Shown here: piece by piece, positions 1-17,775 of the stretch
Layout: each line of letters begins with the position of its first letter
Numbering within the stretch: the first letter of the stretch is position 1
Assembly: GCF_009914755.1 (NCBI RefSeq)
Contig: NC_060928.1
Reading direction: 5' to 3' (one strand)
Origin: the human T2T-CHM13v2.0 reference genome, Homo sapiens
Length of the DNA: 64,000 nucleotides
The notes under the pieces: generated by a model
Seen by the model: the letters and a program-made list of their open reading frames with translations, nothing else
Databases searched by the model: none
Told to the model about the DNA's origin: nothing
Position numbers and translations under genes: made by a program

Positions 1-69
1 AGAGGCACATACTACCCAACCCAGCTCTGATTATCTTAATCAGTTTTTTTCTTTAAGCCATATTTGACA

Positions 70-2205
70 TATCTGAGTGACATCAGAAAAAATGGCAGAG
101 TTAAGACCTCCAAAAGTCTATCCCTCCATAAAAGCAATAAAAACCTGATAGAAACTGGCAGAATCAACTTTTCAGAACTCTAGAAACCAACCAAAAGCTT
201 GTAGCAACTAATGAAACACTGAATCCAGAAAAACTAGCTGGATTGTGGTTAGAATATTGAGCTTTGTGGCATTTTTAACTTACCCTGGTCCCTTCCCTCT
301 TCCCAGCTCAGTGGGAACCTTAAAAATGTTAGCCTGCATTCCTGGTACCAATATCAGGACTAGAGAGAACAAAACCAACCTTATTCACAAAGAACTGTAA
401 TAATTTGTCTTGACCTGTCTGGTTTCTCCCTGGAGAAGACTTTCTTTTACCTTACCTAATTTGGAATTATCAGTGCAAAAGTGGCTAGCTAGAGGGCACT
501 TGCTGAAAACACTGACAAGCAAATATATTAGTTGCTGCTGCACAAGGATAACAGTTGGGGCAAACAATAAGCTAACCAAAAAGGTTGGGAAGATAGGCTA
601 GAGAATGAGATGGTTTGAGGAATACAGGCTTTGAATAGCTCCCACATATTCCTGGGAATCTAGAAGGCCAACTGTATTACCAGGATGGGCATATGCTCAG
701 AAAAGACCTGAGAAGGCCCTAAGCTGCCACCTCTGGCTGACTGTCAGAATATGCACAAAGAAGTAAAGGCAAAGCAGACTTGTAAACTGCCTGTCTGAGT
801 ACTGAAGGTGTGTCAAAACACAAGAGCCCATCTGCATAAGCTGGGAGGTTCTTTTTGGTTCTAGGCATAAAACAAAACAAAACAAAACAAAACAAAAACC
901 TCTGTCCAATCACTAGCTGACCACTAAGCTAATGAAACTGAAAATTCAGTGTCATGCATGACAAAGAATATAGGATTTACAAAATTAGTTCAGAGAAGTC
1001 ACTAAACAAACAACCACAACCATAACAAGCAGCAATAACAAACCCTGGGAAGGGAGAAGAATCTGATTTCCAGAGCTGTTACATTATAATATTCAAAATG
1101 TTCAGTTTTCAACTTGTAAATACAAGGTATGCAAAGAAATAAGAAATATGGCCCATACACAGAAAAAAAAGTAATCAATACAAACTGTTCTTTCTGAGGA
1201 AGCCCAGATGCTGGATTTACTAGACAAAGACTTTATACTTCTGTATTATTGTTTGGGGAGCTCTTTATGTATTCTACATTCAAATCTTTTGTTGGATATA
1301 TGATTTGAAAATATTTTCTCCTAGTCTGTAGCTTATCTTTTTATTCTATTTAACAGTGTCTTTAGCTCTTTGAACATATTTAAACAACCCAATTTTTAAA
1401 TGTGCAAAGATTTGAACATTCTTCCCCAAAGATGACATATGGATAGCAATTAACCATATGAACAGATGGTCAATATCATTAGCCAAAAGGAAAATGTAAA
1501 TTAAAATTACAATGAAATATCACTACACCTCTATTAAAATGGCTAAAAACAAACAAATAAAAACTAGAAAAAATCTAGCAGCATCAAGTGCTGGTGAGAA
1601 TGCAGAACAATGAGAACTCTCATACATTGCTGGTGATAACACATAACAGGATAGCCACTCTGGAAAACAGTTTGGAAATTTATTATAAAGTTAAATTTAT
1701 ATTTACCATATGATCCAGCAAACCTGTACACAAATGTTTACAGCAGCTTATTCATAATCATCAAATACTGAAAACAATCTAAATATCCTTCATCAGGATA
1801 TTGTGTACCAGCATAAACAAACTGGTACACTCACACAATAGACTACTACTTGGCAGTAAAACAGATCAAACTATTGATATAGTAACAAAATGAATCAATG
1901 TCCAAGGCATTCTCCTGAGTAAAAGAAGCCCGTCTCAGAGGTTATATATTAATACTTTATGAATTCATTTATTTAATATTCTAGGAAAGGCAAAATTATA
2001 CAGACAGGGAGCAGATCATTGGTTGCCAGTGGAAAGGCGTGCACAGGTCTGACTACAAAGTCAGCCCAGGGAATTTCCAGGTGATGGAACTGTTCTGTAT
2101 GGTGACTATGGTAGTTGCCACAAGAAACTACATGTGTAATAAAATTCATAGAACTGTTCACCAAAAAGAAGCCAATTTTACTGTATGTACATTTAAAAAT
2201 TAAAG
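70..2205 (+). mobile_element. Old L1 (L1M-type) remnant: 5' UTR/ORF1 start, internal deletion, ORF2 end/3' UTR; ~1235-1381 inverted
   Basis: L1 motifs gaagcccagatgctggatttactagacaaagac, aaacaacccaatttttaaatg, atcactacacctctattaaaatggc, and 3' UTR ggtgatggaactgttctgtat...aaaattcatagaactg. Confidence 0.75.
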
Positions 2206-2708
2206 AAGAAAAGACTACAGGGATTCAAATCTCAGCTGCACTTAACTTCTGTTTACGTCATTTTTCTTATTTTAATAACAGGATGACAAAAGAACCTGCC
2301 TTCCAGGATTGTTAGGAGAATTACAGGAGTTCCTGACACATATTTAGTATAAATAAATGATTGATGAATATTTTATTCAGATATGCTAAAAAGTTGGTAC
2401 TTTTTAAAAAAGTCTACTACAGGAATAAGTAAGAAAGCTGGAGACTCAACTAAAACAGGGGAAAAAAGAATATTGGAATTAAAACCCCAATTCTTCATTA
2501 ACTTCATTAAACATTCATTGGAAACCTATGAGGTGAGCAATACCAAATTACATTCTACAAGGTTTGCAAAACCCATGTGCTCAAGGAGCTATTGAAAGGT
2601 TTGTTCTAAATGCTATGTAAGTACTCATCATTAAATTTAACACTAATAGCAAACGCGCTGTAATTAAGGTTTAATACTAAATGTTCAGTGTCACTGTCCC
2701 TTTCCTGA

Positions 2709-3230
<522 letters not shown>

Positions 3231-3680
3231 CCTAATGATGACTTCTATCTTTTTAGTGTCTCCCTTCTTACCTGAACAACATGAGCCTTCTTTGGCCAAA
3301 TATCCAAATCTACATTTAAGCTTCAAAAGCCAAATTAATCAGGACCCAAGGTGGCGCAGCCCTCGTGAGCCCAAAAAGCCACTCGCGTCTGGGCGCCAAC
3401 CCTTAGGCTCTGCCTTCCCAGAGTTCCTGGTGCTAGACCCGTCAGGCAGGTGTGTGCCCGCAGGGCCTGACAAAGGGCATCACGTTCAGGAGTTTGAGGC
3501 CTTGCGAGGCCCCTTTGCTGTCTCTGAGGATAGTTGGGAAGGCCTTTGGGCCTGGATTTGACATCCATGAACTGTGCAGCAGCTCAAAGCCTGGGTCAGT
3601 TGTATTGACACCAAACGGCAAACATCTAAAGCGCTCAGGACTAACAAAGAAACAGGAAAACGTGAAGTTTTGCATATTAG

Positions 3681-4196
<516 letters not shown>

Positions 4197-4772
4197 TGAG
4201 GGATATGAACAAAGTAAGCCTCTTCCCTCAGGAATCTCACATTGCTGAAAGTCAGAGTGGTCAGTTTATTCCTGGAGCCTACCAACTTTACCCTCTTTCC
4301 ATTCTGAGAAACCTTAAGGTACCCCCCACAGGCCCTAGGTCCCATCAGACAAAAGCAATTGCAGGCATTTCTAGGTGAGCCATGTGGGTACCACAAGACT
4401 CTGCCATCTTGCCCCAAAGGGACCTGGGATGGGTTTGAAAAGGCAGCTCTCTATGGGTTTGCCATACACCTCCAAGGTAAATGGGCATAAGAACCCTGCT
4501 GCAAAAGGCCATCCTGTGCAGAATTGTGGCTGACCAACCTACTTAGAGCCTCTTTCTTGGGGAGGCTGACTGTGAGAAAAACAAAAGACAGCCAATTATT
4601 TAGTACCTTAGAAGCCATGGAAGCAGACATCAATAAACTGTAGTGTCACTAACCATAAGGAGCAACAAAGTCATTCCAACTTATTAAAAAATGTTCTCCA
4701 GAGTAGCTATTTGCTATCAGTTTTTTAGAGTTACTCTCATTTTCAAATACCTTCTGAAACTGCTTCCTGCGT

Positions 4773-5072
4773 CTTTCTTTTTTCTTTTATTTTTTTAGAC
4801 GTCTTGCTCTGTCACCCACCGGGACTAGAGTGCGGTGGCGCAATCTTGGCTTACTGCAGCCCCCACCTCCTGGGTTCAACAATTCTCATGCTCCACCCTC
4901 CCGAGTAGCTGGGATTACAGGTGCACACCACCATGCCCAACTAATTTTTGTATTTTTAGTAGAGATGGGGTTTCGCCATGTTGGCCAGGCTCGTCTTGAA
5001 CTCCTGACCTCAAGTGATTCACCCGCCTTGGTGTCCCAAAGTACTGGGATAACAGGCGTGAGCCACCGGGCC
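4773..5072 (-). mobile_element. AluS
   Basis: Dimeric Alu consensus match with poly-T head. Confidence 0.9.
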
Positions 5073-5838
5073 CAGAGATATTTTCCATGTCTTTCAACTT
5101 ACATGTATATCCTTCCAATAAGCCTCCATCAGCTAAGGTGAGCATGCCCATTTCTTGCAAGCTGAAAGAACATAATGAACACATACAGTGCTTTCCAGTT
5201 ACTTCAATGATAACTCACCACACTGTTCTTTATGTGGAGCCTACTTAGACTATAAAACGATACAGGAGTTGACTAAAATCCATGTATAAAATTCATGGCG
5301 GGACTAAAAAGTTTCTGCAAAGCAAAGGAAAAAATAAAAGGAAACCCATGGAACAGGAAAAAATATTTGCAAACCATATATCTGATAAGGGGTTAATATC
5401 CAAAATATATTAGGAACTCGTATTAATAGCAAAAGAAACCCCAGATTTTAAAATGGGCAAAAGATGAATAGATGTTTTTTCAAAGAAGGTATACAAACAC
5501 CCAATGGGTACACGAAAAGGTACTCATTACTAACCATCAGGGAAATGTAAATCAAAACCACAATTAGATACCATCTCACATCTGCTAGGATGGGTATTAT
5601 CAAAAAGTCAGCCAGAGGCTGGGCATGACAGCTCACTCCTGTAATCCCAGCACTTTGGGAGGCCAAGGCAGGAGGATCACTTGAGTCCAGAAGTTCTAGG
5701 CCAGCCTGGGCAACACATTGAGACCCAGTCTCTACAAAAAATTTAAAAATTGGCTGGGTATGGTGGCACATACTTGTAGTCCCAGCTACCTGGAAGGCTG
5801 AGGTGGGAGGATTTCTTGAGCCCGGGAGGTCAAGGCTA

Positions 5839-6065
<227 letters not shown>

Positions 6066-6143
6066 TGAGGCCAGGAGTTTGAGACCAGCCTGGTTAACAC
6101 AGCGAAACTCTGTCTTTACAAAAAAAAAAAAAAAAAAAAATTA

Positions 6144-6302
<159 letters not shown>

Positions 6303-6505
6303 TCAAAAGATATGTGTTGGCAAGGATGTGAAGAAAAGGAAACTCTTGTATGTTGTTGATCGGTGCACTGGTATAGCCATTATGGAAAACAGTACAGAGG
6401 TTCCTCAAAAAAATTAAAAATAGAACTACCATTCAGCCATGCCACTTCTGGGTATATATCCAAAGGAAATAAATCACTCTCTCTCTCTCTTTTTTTTTTT
6501 TTTAG

Positions 6506-6604
<99 letters not shown>

Positions 6605-6787
6605 TGAGTAGCTGGGACTACAGGTGCACACCACAACACCTGGCTAATTTTTGTATTTTTAGTAGAGACGGGGTTTCACCATGTTGACCAGGCTGGTCTC
6701 GAACTCCTGACCTTAAGCGATCCACCCACCTCGGCCTCCCAAAAGTGCTGGGATTACAGGTATGATTCACCATGCCTGGCCAATAAA

Positions 6788-7014
6788 TCCCTATCTCAAA
6801 GAGATATCTGCACTCCCATGTTCACTGCAGCATTATTCACAATAGCCAAGATACATAAACAACCTAAGTCTGATGACGAATGAACGGATAAACAAAATGT
6901 GGTGTGTGTGTATACATATTATATATGTATACACTTAGGTTGCTTATGTATCTTGGCTATTGTGAATAATGCTGCAGTGAACATGGGAGTGCAGATATCT
7001 CTTTGAGATAGGGA
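6788..7014. repeat. Inverted repeat, 82-bp arms (6788-6869 / 6933-7014), 1 mismatch, 63-nt spacer
   Basis: Right arm is the reverse complement of the left arm except aaac/aagc. Confidence 0.95.
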
Positions 7015-7075
7015 GATATATATGTATGTATACATATATACATGTATATATGTATACACACACAGTGGAATTTTA

Positions 7076-7399
<324 letters not shown>

Positions 7400-8451
7400 C
7401 TAATACTGTGTGATCTCACTTGTATGTGGAATCTAAAAAAGTCAAACTCATGGAAGCAGAGAATAGGCTGGGCATAGTGCCTCACGCCTGTAATCTCAGC
7501 ACTTTGGGAGGCCAAAGTGGGAGGATCACTTGGGACCAGGAATTTGAGGCCAGCCTGGGCAAAAGAGCAAGACCCTATCTCTACAAAAAATTTTTTAAAA
7601 GAAAAAATTAGCAGGGCATGTCCCTGCAGTCTCAGCTACTCAGGAGGCTGAGGTGGGAAGACCATTTGAGCCCGGGAGGTCAAGGCTTCAGTGAGCCGTG
7701 ATTGCACCACTGCATTATGGCCTGGGCAACAGAGTGAGACCCTGTCTCAAAAATAAAAGAACCAGAGAGCAGAAGGGTGGTTACCAGGAGTTGTGAGGGT
7801 AGGGGAAATGGGGAGGTATTATTCAAAGGTCTAAACTTTTAGTCATAAGATGAATAAGTTCTGGAGACCAAGTATATCGCATGGTGACTATAATTAATAA
7901 TAATGTATTATATTTGAAATTTGCTGAGAGAACTTAAGTATTCTCACTATAAGAAACAAAAAAAAAGGTAGCTATGTGAGGTGATGGATCCTTTAATTAG
8001 CTTGATTGTGGTAATTATTTCACAATGTATACATATATAAAAACATCATGTTGTACATCTTGAATATATTCAATTTTCATTAGTGAATTATACCTCCACA
8101 AAGCTGAAAAAGGGGGAAAAAAGAAAAATGCATGATGGATTCTGTTTATTCTGTTTGAATAAAAGTTATCACAACATGAATTACTTAAGATGGAAAAACA
8201 TAACAGTTCAAATTATAAGAAATCACACTGAAACCAATCAACATCATATTTTTAAATAGGATACTAAGGCAGTGATTCTCACCTTACATACAACTTTAAA
8301 AATCCAGTTCCTCAGCAACTATTCCGGAAGTAATGAATCTGGAAATCTGAGGGTGGGGTCATGAGCACATGTTTTCTTTAAAGTTTCAAAGTTGATTCTG
8401 ATGTCCTGCCAAGAGTTGAGAAGCCTGGCCCTACAGTAGAGATAACTGAGG

Positions 8452-9115
<664 letters not shown>

Positions 9116-9283
9116 AGAGTTCCCATTGCTACAGAGGTGTAAGAAATACCAAACCACGTTATAAAGTTGAATACCTCATGAAACTTTCCATGAAGGAGAA
9201 ATACGAAAGGAACAAGGTGAGAGATAAAAAGTTACTTGTGATATAAAGGAATGTCACATTATTAAGCATCTAATTAAGAGTAA

Positions 9284-9540
<257 letters not shown>

Positions 9541-10539
9541 GTGCACATTTTAAAACCTACAATAACATTCCTTATTCCAAATGAATCCCACTTCCAGACG
9601 CACCCTCCACTGGCAATAGTTACACTTTCACTGAGAGTAACCAATCTACCTTGTAATCTCCAGGTAGCTCCAGTAGTCTCCACTGAGCTAGCCTATATGT
9701 TGAGGGGAATCTTTGTGAAGGAATGAAGAAACAAAGGGTGTGGTAGCAAGATAAGACAGGATCATTTACATGGGTGATATGCTGGGGGCCTTCGAGTGTT
9801 ATGTGAACACCTCTACACTAGTTTCAAAGGACTATTTGGAAATAGTGACATTTATTGCCAGAAAAACTAATTCTCCACATCTTGTACAAACATTTTCTTC
9901 TGAGCCCTTTGTTCTTGGCCAGCTCTCAGAGAAAAAGCAGTTAACTATCATCCAGTATAATGATTCCTTGATTAACGTATCTTCTGGAAACAAAGCTCCA
10001 GTATAATGAAGGCAGCCATATTGAAAACAAATGAACTCTCAGTCCCATGCAGCAGCCCTGGCATGCATTCTAGGGCTCATCAGCAATGCAATTGTTAATC
10101 TACTCAAATGCATCAGAGCAGGGACAACATCACCTCCCTTCACAGCTTCTATTTATTTATTCTGAATGAAGTTGGCACTAGGCAAAATAACAAAACCAGA
10201 AAACTATATTCAGATTCTAAAGGCTTCCATTTTGGTACCCTTCCACTTGCCCAAGGATGGCCACAACCACTTCAAAAACTACACATCACACATGAACACT
10301 TGAAGTTTACAAGCATGTTCCCCATAATGAGCCTGCAGAGTAGTTAGGGCATGAATAATTCCTATTCCAAAGATGTAAAAAAACGGTGGAGTGGGGGCCT
10401 CATAAAACCTAACTAACATGTCCAAGGTCACACTACAGTAAAGTACAAAATAGCAACAAGAATCTAGGTATCTTATAACAAAATGTATTACAGCTTGGTG
10501 GTAAGAGGAAGGAAACAATAAGATCAAGTTAGAATCTAT

Positions 10540-10990
10540 CAGTTAGGAACTGCCTTCAGCTGCCAGCTGAGGCCTATGATAACAGTGGCTTAAACAAGGT
10601 AGAGTTTCTTATTCCTTCCTTCTAAGTAAAGGAGGAGGCAGGCAATCAAAACCCATGTGGTGACTCTATCTAATCAGCAGGGACTGCAGGGCCATCTATT
10701 TTTCTGCTCCACTATTCTCAGTGCTTCGGTTCCAACCTCAAAGTAACCTCATGGCCCAGGGTGGCTACTGTGAGCTACACAGCCTTGTTCCTGGCAGGAG
10801 GTGGGAGGAAGATGGTAAGGGGAAAAGGGTATTCTGTGCAGTTGAGTGAACCCCCTTTAAAGAACTTTCCTGGCAACCCCATTCAACAACTTTTACTTGT
10901 ATCTCATTAACAGGCTGGAAGAAGTAGCTTCATAGGTGGGTACATTGCCACATCCAGAAATACAGGGATTCCATTCACCAAAAAAGGAGG
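10540..10990. mobile_element. MLT1-type MaLR LTR (old)
   Basis: aacagtggcttaaacaag motif and MLT1-like body. Confidence 0.55.
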
Positions 10991-11019
10991 AAATGAGGAA
11001 AAAAGGAGGCAACCAGGAG

Positions 11020-11230
11020 TCCATGCTACAGAATCCTATTCTGTCACTCCCTTGCTGTGTGACCTTGAGGAGATTATTCACCCTTTCTAGGCCTCAGGTT
11101 CCTCATCTGTTAAATGAAGGAAACAATCACACCTACTGCATAGGATTGGTACCAGGACTAAATGAGAAAAACACACTGAAAACAACTGGAATTGTCTCGG
11201 CACCCAGTGCACAATAAATATTAACTTGTT
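11020..11230. mobile_element. MIR
   Basis: gctgtgtgaccttgag...cctcaggttcctcatctgttaaatg MIR core. Confidence 0.75.
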
Positions 11231-11579
11231 ATTTGATTATCTTAGCCCAGTGCTTTCCAAATTCCTTTCCTACTCTAACTTCCCCTCCATTTCCAAAATT
11301 GGAAAGGAATTTATATTAGTCATTTGTACCTGCTGACAGAGGACTCTAGTGTAAATGAGTCTTAGTCATAGGTCACCTCAATCAGACAAATGTATTTCAT
11401 GCCTTTCCTTTCTAATTATACAATGAAATTATCTCCCAGACATCCATACAGATCAGATATTTTGGACAGAATTAGGATGGAGAAATTGAGCTTACATTCT
11501 CCAACAGGTGGGGCCTAGAGACAATCCTAATCAGATCTTTGGAGAGACCAAACAAACTAAGGGAGTATTAAAGAATTTA

Positions 11580-11706
11580 GGCTGGTGCAGTGGTGTGTGG
11601 CTGCAATCCCATCTACTTGGGAGGCAGAGGCAAGAAGATCCCTCGAGCCCAGGAGTCTGAGTACAGCCTGAACAACACAGCAAGACCCCATTTCTACAAA
11701 AAAAAA
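11580..11706 (+). mobile_element. FLAM/Alu monomer
   Basis: Single Alu monomer with A-tail. Confidence 0.75.
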
Positions 11707-11734
11707 GGTCTCTTTCATGCAAAATAATTTCTAA

Positions 11735-12475
11735 AAAAGTATGTAGATACTTTACCCTTAAAGAGGTATAGCATAATTCTTTACTCCTTAAGTGTAGCAT
11801 AACTCTTACTTCATAGTGACTTCCTTCACTTTCTACAGTATGGAAAGAGAGGAAAAAGGCTTAACTTTTTAAAAAAATTTCTTTTGAAGGACTACTGCAA
11901 TGGGGTCTTGCAGTTGGGGAGGGAGAGTGGACGCCAATGCCAAAAAGAGTAACTTTCAAGCAGAGAAACTTCACAAGCACTACCTCTGCCAGGTAATCAA
12001 GGTCAGTAGAAAAGTCATGATAATAATATATACCCTTGAATTGTGATAAAAATGGCACTTTACCTCTGTGATCTTCCTCTCAAACACCCGTAAGCCAGTT
12101 TGATCATGAGAAAAACATCAGACAAATCTCAACAGGGGAACAACATACAAAAATGTGACCAGTACTCTTCAAAACCGTCAGGGTCATCAAAAACAAGGAA
12201 AATCTAAGAAACTGTCATAGCCAAGGGGAGCCTCAGGAGATATGACAACTAAATGTAATACAGTCTCCTATACGGAATACTGCAACACAAAAAAGGACAC
12301 TAAGCAAAAACTAAGGAAATCTGAATCAAGCATGGAGTTTAATCATACATCAATATTAGTTCATTAATTGTGATGAATCTACCATACTAAGATGCTAATA
12401 ATCAGGGTGTGGGGTATATGGGAGCTCTTTGTACTATCTTCACAATTTTTCTGTTACTCAAAAAATATTCTAAAA
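11735..12475 (+). mobile_element. L1MC/L1MD-type 3' UTR
   Basis: ccagtactcttcaaaaccgtcagggtcatcaaaaacaaggaaaatctaagaaactgtc; gggtatatgggagctctttgtactatctt. Confidence 0.75.
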
Positions 12476-12507
12476 AACATTTAATTTTTTTATTTTTTTC
12501 TTAATTC

Positions 12508-12574
12508 ATTTTTTTTCCCTTGGTATAACTTGGAACAAATTTTTTTTCCCTTGGTATAACTTGGAACAAATTTT
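12508..12574. repeat. Tandem duplication, ~31 bp x2 (ttttttcccttggtataacttggaacaaat)
   Basis: Two adjacent copies, identical apart from T-run length, read directly. Confidence 0.9.
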
Positions 12575-13600
12575 ATTTTTAAAAAGAAAAAAAAGGAAAA
12601 TAATGGTCCACAGCTCCTACCCTCACCCCCATGAGCCCATCCCCACCACAAGGACAAGCTTACAGTTCCTGAAGGTGAGGCCAACAGCTGCTGAGGAGCA
12701 AGGACTCGTTCCAGCTGCTTCTAAACAAGGGGGCCAGGCCTCTGCCAGAGCCTTCTCCTTCCTGCCCTGTGTCAAGCTATCCAAGCTTCCTCCTCAACCT
12801 TTACCCTGCCCTATGCCCTGAAACTACCTGACACGTATTTTCCTCTTGTACTTAATTGATAGTAGAATTTCCCTCATACATGTCAAGTACTATAAATTCC
12901 CCTAGAACACATCCCATGTCTTCCACTGATGAAGGGGAACACTGCCACATTATCAGTGAATGAAGCTGCTATCTTGAAAAGGGGTCGGCATGACAAGTTA
13001 TGCTAGACAACTTATGCCAATGTAACTGCCCTCACCAGGGAGACACCGTCTTGAGCTTTGCCCCTTTGGCTTCTCCCACACCAGTGGAGCAGTTCACAAG
13101 GAGCCTGGGAGAAACTCTCCAAGATCTAACTTAGTACATGGGCAAACTGCTGTAAACTATGTCGGAAGTTATTTTTCTGCTCATCTCCTAATATCATAAA
13201 ATGTAAAGTTGGAAGCCTCATCCTTTCAATTAATACACCAAAAGCTAAGGCCCAGAAAGATGCTATAAATTGCTGGATGCTACAAAGCTAATTGACAGAT
13301 GGGATTAGAACCAAGTGTTCAAAGGATTAGTCTCTAAGCACCATTGGATGAAAAGCTGAAATGACCTAAGGGAAAACAGTGAATATGCTGTCCTCAGAAT
13401 ATAATATGCCAGTGAAGTTATAGAACTGCTGGATGACTAGTGTGAGAGAGGGAAAGAAAACAGAACGAAGGGATGCACTCTGGTTAAAAATAGGTCATAG
13501 GCTGATCAACTCACCTCTGATTTGCTGAGATCACTTTGAACATAATTGCTTATGTCACAATAATGAGCTTTCAGTGGACAATAAAGAAAAGCTGAACGTT

Positions 13601-14262
<662 letters not shown>

Positions 14263-14539
14263 TTATTACCAGGCCATGTTAAAGTAATTCATATGGCTTA
14301 AGAAATACCAAAGGAAGAACTAGCCTCAGTCTTTGGGAGTCCTCTAGAATTAAGATATTTCCAAGAGATACATGAATGCCAAAGAAAAGCAACTACATTT
14401 GATTATTAAATGATGACACTGCAGATTTACCTTCTTTTTCCTCTGACAACATGAATTCATAACTATTCCCAAGTGAAGAAAATGCAGACTCAACTGTGAA
14501 ATATTTTATCAATAATAAGAAAAAGGAGACATAAAATAA

Positions 14540-14755
14540 GTGCTAATAATTTTATAGGTATTTACTATGGGCTTGGCCATGTTCTAAGGACATTATATAC
14601 ATTAACTCATTTAGTCTTCAAACCCAATGCAATAGGATTTACTATTATTCAAATTTAGAAATATAAATAAAGAATAGAAGCAGAGAGGTTACGTAACTTG
14701 TCCAAGGTCACACAGCCAGTGGTCAGCCAAAAAATGAACCAAGACAGTCTGATTC
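14540..14755. mobile_element. MIR
   Basis: cattaactcatttagtcttca...gagaggttacgtaacttgtccaaggtcacacagc. Confidence 0.75.
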
Positions 14756-14961
14756 TCTCATGTCAAACTGATACCCACCATGGACTACTTTATATTCTTT
14801 ATATTCTTAATTATCTTCTTTAAAGTGTAACAGTCTTACCTTCCCTAATTCTATGGCATAGTCTTTAAAAGCAGGGAGCCTATTTTATATATCTCTTTGT
14901 ATTGCCAGTATTTTAGGCACCATTTTGCATACATTATATTGATGGGGATAACTAGACAGGT

Positions 14962-15268
<307 letters not shown>

Positions 15269-16329
15269 TAAACAATGTGATGAGTACAGGATTTTTAAAC
15301 AACATGTAAATCTACTCATAGTTTCCATGGAACTTAAAATAACTTTCTCAAAATAAATTAGACAACTTTGGAATTCTAATAACAAAAAACAGTAAGCTGG
15401 TGGTCCAGAGAACTAATGCAGTTTTCAAAACTATCTAACTTAGTAGACAAAGCCACAGACTCTGAGAGGATATGACCTGACATCTTATATGAATCAACTA
15501 AAAAAACCTCTACAACTTGCAACACACAATAGAGGTGACTGAGGTTCAGCTATACCTAGTTGTGTAATTTTAGATAAAACCTTCTAACATTTCTGAGTCT
15601 CAGTTTACTCATCTTTAAAATGGGAACAAAAAACTTACCCTCTTCCCTCTCAGTTTGTTGTAAGAATCCAAATGAATGCAGTTGTGAAAGCCCTTCATAA
15701 ATAGAAAAGCACCACATAAATGTAAAGTACTTCTAGAATACAGCAAGCAGCATACAGGTATAAATGCGTGGAGCATCAATAGTAACTGACTTATATGAGC
15801 AGTCAGTGTGATCACCTGGAAAAACATGGACTTCCACTTCAAAAAAAACCTGCATTCAAATCACCATTCCAGTATTTACTAGCTGAGGGACTGTGGATAA
15901 GTTGCTTAAATGTTTGTGAGCCTCAGTCTTTTCAATGATAAAATGAAGAAAATAATACCTACCTCACAGGTGATAACATAAAGAAGCACCTGGTACACCG
16001 TGAACACAGTGAATGTTCTTCTGTGCCCTCATACTGATGATATTAAAGTTATTTTACTCAAAGCACAACAGACAACAGTTATATCAGTCCTTCCAGGGTT
16101 TACCATAAACACATCAAAATATAGAAAGAGTAAATTTAGTTAGCATTTAGTAAGCCCTATTATGTGCCTACTACTCTTCCAGATGTTGGGAGGAGGATCC
16201 AGAATCTTGTATATCCTCCCTTTGGAGAAATAATATTAAAATGTTGTATGTCAGGCAGAGATTCTCAAATCTGTTTGAGAATCTGATGAAAGCTATGGCA
16301 TTTCTCCCCAAGGAAAGCTACAAAGCTTT

Positions 16330-17030
<701 letters not shown>

Positions 17031-17111
17031 ACTAAAGCAGGGATGTTAGTATAAATAACATTATCAGTAGCCTTTATCCTCCCTTCTTCCCCCACCCAAG
17101 CTATCCTTCCT

Positions 17112-17223
17112 CTAGGGTGACTATCCTTGATTTGCCTGGGACTGAGGAGTTTCCATGAATGGGGGACTTTCAGTTTTAAAAGCTGGAAAAGTCCTGGGAA
17201 ACTGGGAAGAGTTGGTCACCCAA
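17112..17223. mobile_element. MER81 (hAT-Blackjack MITE)
   Basis: TAGGGTGAC...GGTCACCC TIRs; internal ggactttcagttttaaaagctggaaaagtcctggg. Confidence 0.8.
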
Positions 17224-17599
17224 TCTCGTCCGCCTATTCCCCCCACCCTCCACTTCTTGCCCTTGGCTAGCACTAACTAACACTAACACAGTGGCACTAA
17301 CACACCAATCTCAGTTGTGCAGATAGAGATGAAGAATATGCAATCAATAACAGAAAGAAAAAAACCAAGAAACAAAAATGAAGTTGATCATAAATGCCAG
17401 GCTGTATAAATCAACCATGAAATCCTTTAAGCTACCGAGAAAACCCACAATGGAAACTAAGTCCTATAAGTTAGCCTGTGGAAATCTCCATGTTTATCTC
17501 ATGGGTTTTCATCTGATCTACTAAAAAGGACAAATTAGCCAAAGGAACTATTTCTTAGAATTTAACAATCTGTGTTGGGGTGTGATTTCTCTCTTAATT

Positions 17600-17775
17600 A
17601 CATGGAGTTTGCAAAGTGCATCATCCTTTTGAACCAGCAACATAAATGTTATCTGGGAATGTGTCAAAAATGAAAATTATCAGGCCCTATCCCAGACCAA
17701 GTGATCAGATACTGAGCGTGTACAAGGCCTTCAGGCAATTCAGATACATGTGGCAAAAGTTTGAGAACCACTGGA
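17600..17775. mobile_element. MER5-family fragment
   Basis: caggccctatcccagacc...aaaagtttgagaaccactgg. Confidence 0.6.

Noticed and set aside
17270-17305. Repeated ACTAAC (QKI/branch-point-like) motifs
   Set aside because: They lie on the strand antisense to the host transcript; probably slippage repeats.
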